64,000 nucleotides of DNA from Octopus bimaculoides. Lineage: Eukaryota. The position numbers and the translations under genes are program-made. The notes below the pieces were generated by a model. It was not told where the DNA came from and did not search any database. It saw nothing but the letters and a program-made list of their open reading frames with translations. This document shows, piece by piece, positions 52,389 to 63,153 of the stretch (within the stretch, counting starts at the first letter, position 1; the number at the start of each line of letters is the position of its first letter). The DNA lies in assembly GCF_001194135.2 (NCBI RefSeq), contig NC_068984.1, positions 84,518,023-84,582,022 on the forward strand, read 5' to 3'.

Positions 52389-55300
52389 GACGGGCTTCTT
52401 TCAGTTTCCATCTACCAAATCCACTCACAAGGCTTTGGTCGGCCTGAGGCTATAGTAGAAGATTCTTGCCCAAGGTGCCACGCAGTGAGATTGAACCCGG
52501 AACTATGTGGTTGGTAAGCAAGCTGCTTACCACACAGCCACTCCTACGCCTATTTGTAAAGTTTCACATAGTTCTCTTGTACATGCACACACATACACAT
52601 ATATACTCACACATTTTCAGCATTGAACATTACCATCCCATTTCCATTGTATACACACACACAAACATACCTCTCTTTTACACACACATATACTCACACT
52701 TCAAACACCATTTACCGGCTTTTTCCCTCCTTCCCTCATTATTCATCTATCATTCCTTCCTTTCTCATTCATATGGCACTCTCTTTGCCACTTTGTTTTG
52801 TCTTTCTCATTATCATTACATTCTCTCACTCCCTCTCAGTCATGGCTATTACTCTCACTACTTCCCATTCACTGTATTAGTATTTCATCTCCTCTCTCTT
52901 CACCTCTCACTCAATATATATATATATATTTGGATTAATTTTGAGAGTGGTTGGGTTCATTTTCAGTTTTCTCATTTGTGAGAGCAGTCCAGTTTATTTC
53001 AGATATTCTCATTTTAAAAATCATCACTGTCTAATCATTGAGAAAACATTGGTGTTGCCTTGGCAGAGGTTTGCACTCTCTGAGTGCTCTTGTTATTATT
53101 ATTATTAGTATTATTTTGATTTGGTTCAGGTTTGGTCTTATTCCTGGTAGGATTTATGCGAGTAGCAGGTTACTACCTGTAACCTTAGATCTCCATAAGT
53201 TTTCAACAGTCTTTCAAGTGCTCAGAACCCTTATTATTGCTGTTGTTGTTGTTGTTGTTGTTAAGCTGGAAGAATTGTTAATGCACTGGACAAAATGCTT
53301 AGCAGGAATTTCTTCTGACTTTGTTCTGCTACTAGGGTCACCTTTGTCTTTCATCTGTTTGGGGTTGATAAAATAATTACCAGTTGAGTGCAAGTGCTTT
53401 TTCCCCCTTTGTGAAATTGCAGGCCTTGTGCCAACATTTGAATACGTTATGGCCAAATGTGTTATGCTGTCATATGGTTAGTTGAAAGAAGAAGTGAAAG
53501 TGACAGAAAAGGATCGAGGGAGAAGTGTTCATGACGTGGAGTAGGGGGAAGTAATTTTTATGTGGCTAAAGAGTTAGTTGAAGGGAGAGATACGGAGAAA
53601 GAGAGTTAGAAATACAATGTTTAGCAGAGGGGTGATGCTCTGGTGATGAGGTTAAAGAAATGCAGATAGAGAGGGAGAGGGCAGTTATATAAAGAGTGAG
53701 AGGTAGATAAAGTGAGAGAAGTGCTCGGATGGCTGTGTGGTTAAGAAACTTGCTTCCCAACTACTTGGTTCTAGGTTCAGTGTCTTTTAAAAGACACTTG
53801 GGCGAATGTCTTTTACTATAGCTCTCAGCAAATCAAAGTCTTGTGAGTTGAGTGTATTTAGTAGATGGAAACTGAAAGAAGGCCATTGTATATAAATGTA
53901 TGTGTGTGTGTAGTCATATATAAATATTTGTGTGTGTGTGTATGTGTGTGTGTCTGTCTGTATGTATGTATGTATGTAAGTGCGTGTTTGTGTGAGAGTT
54001 GGTGTTTCCTTGTCTTGTCATCAAATTGTTGTTGTAAATAAGCATCATCATCATACAAGCAGTGTCTTTCATATCCAAACTTCAGTGAAAACATGTCCAG
54101 CCATGGGGGAAGTATTACCTTTCCTGGAAACGGGTAGAGGTTGTAACAGGAAGGGCACCTGGCTGTAGAAAATCTGCCTCAACAAATTCCGTCTGAACCA
54201 TGCAAGCATAGAAAAGTAGATGCCAAAAGTGATGATGGTGACAATGAAATGTAACCCACTTTGTCATCACTTCAAACACTACATCCTTTCTTTTTTTTGC
54301 TTTTCTTTATTTTTACTTTTTTCTATTTTTACTTTTTTTTAGGTAAATCATCATGGAAGTCTTTGTTAAAGTTATTTGTGGCAGTTTTGGGACTATTTGT
54401 TATGTGGATCTCTATAGTGGCCACCATGCTGGCATCTGCTTTTGTGCTTGACAAATCTGAACATGCCATGTCTTGGTACAACCATTCCACCAACATCATC
54501 TGGGTGTTTGTTATTCCGGCTTTAATGGTGGCGCTGTTTGTATTGCTTTGTACAAAGCACTTTCTCTATAAAGTAAGCAAAGTTATTCTACTATATTCTT
54601 TTATGTAATTATTGATTTGTTTTATTTTATTTGCTTTGAGACGGCGACCTGTTCACTGACAAAATTCCGTGCTGCATCTCAAATGGCTTATAAACACCTT
54701 CCATGCTGCAATTGTTGATTTTATTTGTTTTTGTATATCTTTTGTATTGATGTGTCAATGTATCTTTACGTTAGTGTCCTCAAGGCTCTGCAGTAAGGAT
54801 AGCTCCATTAGATTTGCTGAATTTATAATTGAATTCCAGGTTATTGTTATTAAGGCTGCAGCTGGCAGAATCATCAGCATGCTGGGCAAAATTCTGAGTG
54901 GCATTTCGTCTGACTTTATGTTCTGAGTTCAGATGCCATCGGGTTCGACATTACCTTTCATCCTTTTGAGGGTTCATAAAATAAGTACCAGTTGAGCCCT
55001 GGCATTGATGTATTTGATTTCCCCCTCTCTGGAACTTGCTGGTCTTGTGCCAATATCTGAAACCAATAATATGATAATAATAGTGGTAGTGATTTCACTT
55101 AATGTTTAAAAGGAAGGTAGTGAGTTGGCAGAATTATTAGCACACCAGGCAAAATGCTTAGCATTGTCTGTCTCTATGTTCTGAGTTCAAGTTCTGCTGT
55201 AGTTGACTCTGTCATCCTTTTGAAGTCAATAAAATAAATACCAGTTGAGTACTGGTGTTGATGTAATCAACTTGGCCCTTGTCCTGAAATTACTAGCCTT

Positions 55301-57457
55301 ATGCCAAAATTTGAAATCATCATCATCGTCATCATCATTATTATTATTATTATTAAGGTGGCAAGCTAGCAGAATTGTTAGCATGCTGGACGAAATGCTT
55401 AGCGGTATTTCACCTGTCGCTATGTTCTGAATTCAAATTCCGCTGAGATCGACTTTGCCTTTCATCCTTTCAGGGGCAATAAATTAAATACCAGTGAAAC
55501 ACTGAGGTTGATGTAAGGCAATGAGTTAGTAGGATCATTTGCGTGTTGGAGAAAATGCTTGGCAGCATTTCTTTTAGCTCTTTACGTTTTGAGCTCAAAT
55601 CCTGCCAAGGTCAGCTTTGTCTGTCATCCCTTTGGAGATCAATAAAATAAAGTACCAGTCAAGTACTGGCGTTGATGTAATCAACTTCTCCTCAACATTA
55701 CTAGCTTTGTGTCCATAGAAAGAATTACTATCTTATCATTAATAAGTGGTTGGCGTTAGGAAGAACATCTAGCCATAGAAACCATGCCACAACAGACAGT
55801 TGGTATCTGGACAGTTCCCTGCTAGCCAGCTCCATGTCAAACCATCCAACCCATGCTAGCATGGAAAGCGGATGTTAAGCGATGATGATGATGATTATTA
55901 ATAGATGCAGGTACAGCTCTATGATTAAGAAGTATGCTTCCTGTTCACGTGGCTTTGCATTGCACCCTACAGTGTGACACCTTTGGAAAGCATCTTCTGC
56001 TATTTCTCCAGGCTGACTAAAGCCTTTATCATTGTCATCATCATCATCATATAATGTCTGTTTTCCTTGCTAGCATGGGTTGGATGGTTTAACCAGAGCT
56101 GACAAGCAGGAGAGCTGTACCAGGTTCCAGTCTGATTTGACTTGGTTTCTATTGTTGTATGCCCTTCCATTTTACAGTGTTCTGAGTGCTTTTTACATGG
56201 CACCTGCATGGTTGCTTTTACGTGGCACTGGTATGAGAGCTTTTTATGTAAATATAAATATACACAAAGGGTTTATATATATGTGTGTGTGTACCTCTTT
56301 GTTTTGACATTGTGTGATAGTTCTAAAAAGTGTCACCTCATACAAGTTGTGTCACTTGTTTCTGGTCTTTTCATTCTTGGAAACTGGTGAGAGTTGGTGA
56401 CACAGAGGACATTGAGCTGTAGGAAATCTGCCTCAGTGAATTCTGTCTGAACCAAAAAAACATGGAAAAGTGAACATGAAAATGATAATTATTTTATTGT
56501 TGTTATTCACAATAATAATGATTTTTAACATCTGCATGAGGCCACAAATATTTTTGGAAGCAACACAGTTGGTTAAACGGACCTCAGTACTCGACCGGTA
56601 CTCTATTTTATTGATACCCTGATTTCCTCTTAAGCATGATAGGTAAAGTTGACCATGGTGGAATTGGAAAACAACTTTGCCTTTCATCCTCTAAAATAAA
56701 CTATCAGCCTCAGTCAAATACTGGAGTCAATATGATCACACTGAGCTCATGTTCTGACCACGAGGACATATTACCTTGCTTGGAAATAGGTGAGAGTTAG
56801 TGATGGCAAAGGCATCTGGCCATAGAAAATCTCCATCAATAAATTTGTTCTGATCCATGCAAGCATGGAAAAGTGGACATTAAAATGATGATGATGATGA
56901 TGGTAATGACTTCCCTTCTGTTCTTTATGTTAAGACTTTCTGATTGGCACCAACAAATATATTTCACTTTCTCACTCTCTCTCTCTCTCTCCCCCAGAAT
57001 GAAAGCCTCTTCACCTTGGAACAGTTATACTATGATGCCAACGTTGTGATATGGTCCAGTCTATTGGCATTACTTACCTACTACAATGTTGGTTCAGCTT
57101 ATCTTCTCTCAGCTTGGTTGCTGTTCTCACTTCTCTTTAGACTGTTCAGACCCTACATCAAAGGTGAGTCACCCTAATTTCTTACCAAATTAATGCTTTA
57201 AACTTCTTCAATATTTCCCCATACATTTTGGAGCTAAAAACCATATATTAAAAACAGGCACTGTTACACTTTGATAAAGTCATATTGGCCGTTTATTGAA
57301 CACAGGCACTGTTTAATTTTCTTGTTTATTCTTTGATAATGTACCTATAACCTTTTCACTAATACTTCAATACCTCCTTGGTAAATTACTGAGTGGATGT
57401 GTTCAGTGATGGTGACCAGTACTATTGGTCCGAAGTTGTCAGGAGGTTGTCAAAGAA

Positions 57458-57491
<34 letters not shown>

Positions 57492-60400
57492 TCATTTTTA
57501 AATGTATGCATATGAGCAGTGGATGGCAAAATCAGTGGAATGGTGGGCAAAATCTTGTGTGGTATTTGATTTCATCTTCTTGTTTTAAGTTCAGATCCTA
57601 TCCAAGTTGTCTTTGCCTTTCATCCTTCTGAAGTTGAGAAAATAAGTACTTGTCTAATAGTACGAGGGTCCAGCAATTAAAAACTAGTAAAATTAAAAAT
57701 AAGAAGAATACGTAAATGAGGTTAAGTTGATAAACTACTGACTATACAATCATGAGATTAATGCCTGCTATAAACACTGTGAGGTATAGGCTAAGTACCT
57801 AAGTTCATTTCCTTAGTTCTGCCTTGCTGAAAAATTAATGTGACACCACATCACACCATGCCACACTGATACACTGTAACACACTATACCATATCCCATC
57901 ATATCACATTACACTATATCACTCTGAATCACACTTGACAATACCACACCACTTCCCACCACACTACGTACACTGCATTATATCACACCACATGCACCAT
58001 AAGTCATCAAAAGTATCCTCATCTAGCTTGAAATAATATTGAAATTTTCCTCATATCTCACATTACAGTATTGTAAAAAGGTGTAACATACATTGGATAA
58101 TATAATCCATGATAAACTGTTTGAAAAATAAATGGGGTACTCATGGCTGGTACACTTTTTTTTTTACATGTCTGCTTGATGAAGGCTGGCTTGGGAGCTA
58201 ACAATGCAACATAGATCACACCATACTACATTACTGTGGAACCTAACACTTGTGTGTTTTTGAATTCTGTATAATTGATTTGTAAATTAACCTTATTAAA
58301 GGACTGTTTTCACTATTTTTTCTATACTGTTTATTGTTAAGAGGAATAAAAGAATTTTCATTTTATTTCATGTGAGCATTTGAAAGTAATTTTTAATGAG
58401 AGAAAAAAAATCTTTGACAAAAGAAATATAATCAACATTGAAACAATGATAACCATAGTGTTTAATTTAACAAAACAGTGTTAATTAATCATGAAACATT
58501 AATTTATGGTGAAACATGCTTAATTAATAATGAAACATGTTTAATTATCAAGGAAACAAAATGATCATCAAAGAAACAGTGTTTTATTAACAACAAAATG
58601 TAAAGCTTATTAACAATGAACCATGTTTAATTAATGATGAAATATAACCTTTAATTAGCGATGAACATAATGTTTAATGAATAGTAAAACATTGATTTAT
58701 TAATGTTTTGCTATTAACATTAATTTTTGATGAAATATAATGTTTAATTTACAGTGACCCACATTGTTTGATGACAATGAAGCGTAACATCTGTAACGAC
58801 CGTGCGACCAGGAGAAGTGACAAGGAATTGCTCCTTTAGCACATCGCACGGTCGATACAAATAAAAATATGAAAAGAGGATAAATGAGTATAAGTGCCAA
58901 AAAGGAAAAGAGAGACACAACTGGTAGAAGGTCTAAGAAAAGGTTTTATTGATATGTCAACTTGTATGTCTGTGTGTGTGAGTGCGACATATAAACATAA
59001 TGATAGACAGGCCGTCATGTAAACAAAGTGTATGTGTATACAAACATGTATGTATGTGTGTGCGAGAAATATAGAGCATAGAAAAGAGTCTATAAGGACG
59101 TTGAGAAAAAGTCCAAACACAAGGATGGTAAATACCAGTGGTTGAGGTGTTGTAACAAGAAGTTGTGGTGGCAATGCAGAGCCGAGGAGAGATACTGTCA
59201 CACAAGAAGTTGAGGCTTCAATGCTGCGGCCGGTTATTTGGTACAGGAGTCCTCGCAGGTTGTATTCGCTGTTAACCATGGTGAAGCATTTCACAAACAG
59301 CGTGGAGAATAGCTGTGCGAGTGTTGCTGGTTGGTGTGTACATAGAGAAGTTAGTGTAGATGCTAAGAAGCTGGAGGCGATGTAGATGGAGGTTGCTGTT
59401 GTCATCGCTGGAACTGGCTGTGTGCTCTGTGGTCAGCAGCTAGACCTCAGAAGGTCTGGAGCCGAGAAGGCTGACAAAACTGTGACGGTGAAAAGCTAGC
59501 TATTTATAATATCCTATCGGCTCAAACTGGGGTTCAGAAAACTGTCTCACGCAACATTATCTGAAGGCTGCAATTGGTTGGGTTGCATCTTGGCGCACAA
59601 TAGAACAGGAGACAAAATGCACCAATACCATCCAATCAGAGTGGTGGACACAACAGGGTCCAAAAGTGCGGCCGAAGGCTAGCTGTTATCCACTACGTCT
59701 GCATCCATGTATATATATAACAGAGAGAGAGAGAGAGAGAAAAGTACGCTACACATCTAATTAATGAGGAAACATAAATAATAACAAAATGTAATGTTTA
59801 ATTAAGGAGAAAACATAATAATGCCAATAAAAAAGTATAGCTACACCATGTAATTATAATAGTAATGGTATGTGACCCTTATGAGTTTTTGTGGGAGCAA
59901 TGAGAACTAGAGTACAATTTAGATGTATCTTGAGTATCTCCAGAATGTCTGTTTGACGGTACTTAATCCTTCTCAAGATGTATATTCTCACATTAGGAGT
60001 TTGACTGAGCACTTGCAAGTTAATGAAACAGGTGTTAATTTCATGCAATTTCTGTTGCTCACAAGGTTGATCTGCACCATACCATGATATCTATTTATAT
60101 GAGAGTTTAATAGAAAATTGGATATGTTGAATTGTTGTGTGAAGTGTAGAGTCTAATTATTTTGGCCTGTGTTCTTCATTTCCGTGAAGAACAAAGAAAA
60201 ATGTTGGTGTGTTACTTGAGTTGTAGGATCTATGATTGGACTCACCAAATCTGTCCTAATGTATGATTCAGAAAGCCAGTGAGTGGTGAAAGAAAACATG
60301 ATCAATGCTTTCCACCATAGGTATCTGAAGAAAATTTCCTGCAGTTTCCAACAAATATCAAATGAAAACTGGTTGCAATATTGTGGTCCTTGAAATAGAA

Positions 60401-61281
60401 CTCCAGTGACTCAGATGGATAAACCATACTTTCAGAATGGATCAAGACATATACCAAAGGTAGCATTGAAATGGGTACTTCTTGGGAAATGAAAGCCTGG
60501 ATTATCCAAAAATACCTGGTGTAGAACAGCTGAAGATCAACTGAAAGAAATGCATCTTATAAGAAGTGAAGGACAGAGTATTGCTAAATGGAGCTGAATT
60601 ATCTAAGCCTTATGCTTGAGAAGAGGATTTTATAAATGAATAATTAACATATTTACAACCCACTTTTTCTGTTACCTTCATTTTCTGATGAAAGGCAAGG
60701 CCCAGAACATTAGATTCTACACTCTTCATGACAATTGGATTTAACCAGTTTTCCTACTGGCTACTTATTGCTGACACATTGGCTCAAGTGAAGTTAAACT
60801 ATTGACTGTACAGGTCATCACCAGTTTTCCTGAATCCAGATCTGATCCTACCATAATTATCTGTAATGTAGAGTGGACAGGCACTGAAAGTTAATTACTG
60901 TTGACAATAAATTTGACTGGTGGTTAACTTAGTCAGCTACAATTATCTAAATCTGTGTCTATATGTCTTATGTGTTTGTTTTCTATAACTGTCCTGATTA
61001 TCTCCTTGCTGTATAATATGTTATATGTTATTTCTGTTGACCATTGTCACAGACATCTTCATACATTGACAAAACTGTTGCATCTTTCAGGTCATATACT
61101 GCGTCTGTTGGCTGGTCACTTCGTAGCACTCTGTCTGCCCACTCTCTTGACACTCTACATGTCTCATCTATCACTACTGTTCTTTCTTCCCATTATGGGT
61201 CGTGTTGGCTCCTTCATTGTTCCTGATGCTGCTGTTGGTGTCATGATTGCTCTCCCCATCATTGTTATCTCTGGATTCAGT
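32237..61281 (+). CDS. ERMP1: ERMP1-like endoplasmic reticulum metallopeptidase (M28 family), partial gene: 8 coding exons, 5' and 3' ends outside the window
   Basis: Exons 32237-32364, 34548-34653, 39684-39830, 45459-45551, 51645-51863, 54343-54572, 56998-57163 and 61091-61281 all have AG/GT boundaries with compatible phases (1-0-1-1-1-1-0-1-0) and give 1280 nt of open frame. Motifs [35 protein letters not shown] and LPIMGRVG match ERMP1 as I recall it, followed by hydrophobic transmembrane segments. Confidence 0.95.
34548..34653 (+). CDS. ERMP1: ERMP1-like exon: [35 protein letters not shown](G)
   Basis: ttttag acceptor, g/gtatgg donor, 106 nt, phase 0 to 1. Missed by the ORF track. Confidence 0.96.
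34963..36301 (-). mobile_element. 5'-truncated Dong/R4-clade LINE inserted in a (TAA)n microsatellite; middle lies in an assembly gap
   Basis: [49 protein letters not shown] is an R4/Dong-type RT N-terminal motif; both flanks are (ATT)n; a 3'-UTR-like segment lies at 34963-35285. Confidence 0.8.
35286..36150. other. Assembly gap; other N runs at 1253-1262, 3373-3706, 8136-8457, 36731-36740, 46408-47092, 47812-47821, 63499-63508
   Basis: Runs of N, mostly next to microsatellites or young repeats. Confidence 0.99.
38201..38622 (-). mobile_element. Full-length OK-like tRNA SINE with internal (TA)n
   Basis: Minus-strand head AGGCACAGGAGTGGCTGTGTGGTAAG...GGTTCCGGGTTCAGTCCC (A and B boxes), CORE-like GGCACCTTGGGCAAGT, (AAAAGAGT)-type tail. 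Confidence 0.88.
38817..39335. mobile_element. hAT MITE (519 bp) with perfect TIRs
   Basis: Perfect 16-bp TIR CAGGGGTGGGGAAACT and perfect 8-bp TSD TTCTACTG (38809-38816, 39336-39343). Confidence 0.95.
39684..39830 (+). CDS. ERMP1: ERMP1-like exon: (G)[48 protein letters not shown](G)
   Basis: tttcag acceptor, cag/gtgagt donor, 147 nt, phase 1-1. Missed by the ORF track. Confidence 0.96.
42985..43272. mobile_element. Probable piggyBac-type MITE
   Basis: TTAA-CCCTTAAA...TTTAAGGG-TTAA; the TIR is only 8 bp. Confidence 0.55.
43543..43796. mobile_element. piggyBac-type MITE with subterminal repeats
   Basis: TTAA-CCCTTTGAGCCACAG...CTGTGGGTTCAAAGGG-TTAA; internal direct repeats TTTCATTTGACT..TTCCTGGAAGA (two copies) and one inverted copy near the right end. 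Confidence 0.85.
45459..45551 (+). CDS. ERMP1: ERMP1-like exon: (G)[30 protein letters not shown](G)
   Basis: tctcag acceptor, g/gtgagt donor, 93 nt. Contains the YHT zinc-ligand His. Confidence 0.96.
47093..47344. repeat. Perfect inverted repeat, 109-bp arms, 34-bp spacer
   Basis: 47093-47201 is the exact reverse complement of 47236-47344; the left arm abuts the N gap. Confidence 0.9.
47470..48337 (-). mobile_element. Chimeric element: Tc1/mariner 5' end (TIR plus HTH-coding region) fused in frame to an RTE LINE 3' end
   Basis: Starts TA-CAGGGTGTCCCC (Tc1/mariner-type terminus). [22 protein letters not shown]...RPRT...LETYHQSPR joins [13 protein letters not shown]...[17 protein letters not shown] at 47979/47980, followed by the RTE 3' UTR and tail. 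Confidence 0.88.
49150..49997 (-). mobile_element. DD37D/maT-type transposon relic, internally deleted; same family as the host at 1783-3021
   Basis: TA-CAGGGCACAATGGGTAAATTGTCGCC terminus at 49997; frames give [54 protein letters not shown]. Left boundary approximate. Confidence 0.85.
50935..51410 (+). mobile_element. RTE-BovB-like LINE 3' relic with C-terminal C2H2 finger
   Basis: [19 protein letters not shown]...*VGHVIRML...LPKLIL...[11 protein letters not shown] and [23 protein letters not shown]. Confidence 0.78.
51645..51863 (+). CDS. ERMP1: ERMP1-like exon: (G)[72 protein letters not shown](G)
   Basis: ttcaag acceptor, aag/gtgagt donor, 219 nt. Has the VFYDVLG motif and the first transmembrane segment. 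Confidence 0.93.
51931..52140 (+). mobile_element. Probable non-autonomous rolling-circle element fragment (Helentron/HINE, DINE-1-like)
   Basis: TATTACCTCC..GGT start, (GTTT)n-GTCTG microsatellite, then GATATCTCAAGAACTACTGGATGGATT..GATGAAACTTTCAGG, the usual layout of these elements; no Rep/helicase seen. Confidence 0.5.
52157..52551 (-). mobile_element. Full-length OK-like tRNA SINE
   Basis: Co-linear with 38201-38622. Confidence 0.88.
54343..54572 (+). CDS. ERMP1: ERMP1-like exon, transmembrane region (...AMSWYNH...KHFLYK)
   Basis: Long polypyrimidine tract plus tttag acceptor, aaa/gtaagc donor, 230 nt. SWYNH motif shared with ERMP1. Confidence 0.92.
54852..55735 (+). mobile_element. Four head-to-tail OR-like SINE copies
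   Basis: Heads AAGG..G.G.GCTGGCAGAAT at about 54852, 55113, 55356 and 55515, mutually diverged, partly separated by (ATC/ATT)n tails. Confidence 0.8.
56998..57163 (+). CDS. ERMP1: ERMP1-like exon, transmembrane region ([55 protein letters not shown](G))
   Basis: (CT)n plus cccag acceptor, aag/gtgagt donor, 166 nt, phase 0 to 1. Confidence 0.9.
57835..58005. repeat. Degenerate pentanucleotide (CACAC/TACAC-type) microsatellite
   Basis: 5-bp periodicity visible throughout. Confidence 0.7.
58430..59835. repeat. AT-rich degenerate minisatellite (AATGAAACATxxTGTTTAATT-like units) interrupted by the solo LTR
   Basis: Units at 58430-58770 resume at 59758-59835. Confidence 0.7.
58792..59753 (-). 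mobile_element. Solo LTR (962 bp), probably Ty3/Gypsy
   Basis: TGTAACG...CGCTACA termini; 4-bp TSD CATC (58788-58791, 59754-59757); minus-strand TATAAATA at 59501-59508, CCAAT motifs upstream of it, AATAAA at 58945-58950; no internal coding sequence. Confidence 0.9.
60295..60640 (+). mobile_element. Third RTE lineage, 3' relic
   Basis: [12 protein letters not shown]...[10 protein letters not shown]...[32 protein letters not shown], with frameshifts. Confidence 0.75.
61091..61281 (+). CDS. ERMP1: ERMP1-like exon, transmembrane region (...[34 protein letters not shown])
   Basis: tttcag acceptor, agt/gtaagt donor, 191 nt. PIMGRxG...PD motif of ERMP1. Confidence 0.93.
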
Positions 61282-62125
61282 GTAAGTTCATCTTCTTTCT
61301 ATAGGAAACTATCTTTATTCTTTCTATTCATCATTGATCTCTGACCTTTTTCCTTTATATTTTTGGTTTCATTTTATTTTTCATTGGGAAATATAATGGG
61401 TCAAATATCTGATATCAACTAATTATTCAATTCAGATTCTACCTTTCATTTTGCCCCTGGGTAACGCACTCAGTGCTACTTGCCAATCTAAAAAAAAAAA
61501 AAAAACATAATTTTTTTGAAGTTTATTTATTCTTTGCTGTTTGATCAGCATTTATTTGGAAGAATTAATCAGTTCTTTCACATGAATTTGGGTTCAAAAG
61601 TGGCTGGTGTCTAAGTCAAAACCAATTTGAACCAGTGTATATGCCTTTTATATAGTTAGATTAGGGATTGATGCAAGGTTTGTTTTGGTAATTATACCAG
61701 TCTTCGGTTGCTCTTTACTGTAAATATGTCTGATGAAGTAAGGGTCAAATTAATGGCAACACAAATGAAGGTGTGTGGAGAATGACATATATCGCCTAAT
61801 GACAAGGTGTACTTGTGCAGATAGAACACCACAATACTAGACTTGTGCAAGGTAAAGGAAACTATTATATATTAATAACATGTAACAGTCAAACAGGTTT
61901 ATCCTCTTCTTTAAGCTTTTCTAAATACTTATATTGATCAATAATGTGTGTGTGACTCATCCAATATATGATTAAGGAGAGGTCAAGTTGAGTTTAAGGT
62001 TCCTAATTAAGTTGGTGATCGTTATCCTGTGGGCTATTTGGTCAGGGTATTTTGCCAAAACTTTTGTTTTAAATTTCAAAAGTTATGGATCTCTGTAAAT
62101 ATATATATATATATAAAGAGTAATA

Positions 62126-62441
62126 GTCCCCTTTGGTCAGGAATGACCATGGGATTGCACCTAGAAAGTTCCTCTCCAAGGCACAAGTCTGGGCATGGTT
62201 GTTTATGGAATACCAGCAGTTGCCCACACATACCATCCTCCCCTCTCCATGCCACTGATGTTATCCAAGGGAAAGGCAAAGGCCGATACAGCTTGGCACC
62301 AGTGATGTTGCAACTCATTTCTACAGCTGAGTAAACTGCAGCAATGTGAAATAATGTGTCTTTGATTCCAGTCTGGGAATCAAACTCACTACTTCATGAT
62401 TGTGAGCCTGATACCCTAACCACTGAGCCATGTGCCTTCAC
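62126..62441 (-). mobile_element. tRNA-headed SINE, fourth body type
   Basis: A box TGGCTCAGTGG and B-box-like GAGTTTGATTCCC on the minus strand; body ends GTCATTCCTGACCAAAGGGG. Confidence 0.75.
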
Positions 62442-62454
62442 AAAAGTGTGAGAT

Positions 62455-62572
62455 GCTTACAGCACTTAGGTTTCCCAAGCAGTCACCCACTTAAGTACTA
62501 ACTAGGTTTGGTATTGCTTAACTTTGGTGATCGAACAAGAACTGGCGTATTCAATGTGATAAGGCTATAAGC
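62455..62572 (-). pseudogene. 5S rRNA: Full-length 5S rRNA pseudogene (or variant copy), antisense in an ERMP1 intron
   Basis: Minus strand reads GCTTATAGCCTTATCACATTGAATACGCCAGTTCTTGTTCGATCACCAAAGTTAAGCAATACCAAACCTAGTTAGTACTTAAGTGGGTGACTGCTTGGGAAACCTAAGTGCTGTAAGC, 118 nt, co-linear with eukaryotic 5S. Box A and the terminal helix are intact; box C TTGGATGGG is changed to TTAAGTGGG. Confidence 0.92.
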
Positions 62573-63076
62573 ATATACATATATATATATGTATGTATCT
62601 GTGCACAACTTTTTTTTTTTCCAATTATTTTCTGATTCTTAGCTTATAATTAATATAAAGATAGCATGATTTATCGCCCCAGTATTCCATAAGTAAATAC
62701 CCAGAGCAATCTTTATAGAAACCACCTAATAAGTAAATAATTAAGTACAGGTATGAATATTAAACTAATTCTATGTAATCTTCCCTTTCTAATGTTGAAA
62801 ATTGGTATATATACACATTTTATCTATTCTGGTTTTAATATCATTTTTAGTAATCTTAAATGTTATCTTTCTACAACATAATATTGTTTATATACAATCA
62901 TCCATACAATCATCCATAGTACACCATGTCTGCCCCTTTAACTAGTAATTAACATCTTGATTTGGGGTCTTCCCTAACCCAACCTCCTTTATAGACAGTT
63001 ACTTATACAAATCTTAAAATCCTGACGATATTTATGACCATACCCAACTATAAACTGTCAACTCACTCCTGCCCTC

Positions 63077-63130
63077 CATTCTAAACAGGCACTGTCCTCT
63101 AGCCTTAGAGGACAGTACCTGTTTAGAATG
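63077..63130. other. 24-bp stem hairpin followed by AATAAA
   Basis: CATTCTAAACAGGCACTGTCCTCT, 6-nt loop, AGAGGACAGTACCTGTTTAGAATG (one mismatch); AATAAA 5 nt downstream. Confidence 0.8.
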
Positions 63131-63153
63131 ACCCTAATAAACTTCATACAGTT

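Noticed and set aside
58836-59405. 189-aa minus-strand ORF
   Set aside because: Lies wholly inside the solo LTR, low complexity, no recognisable domain.
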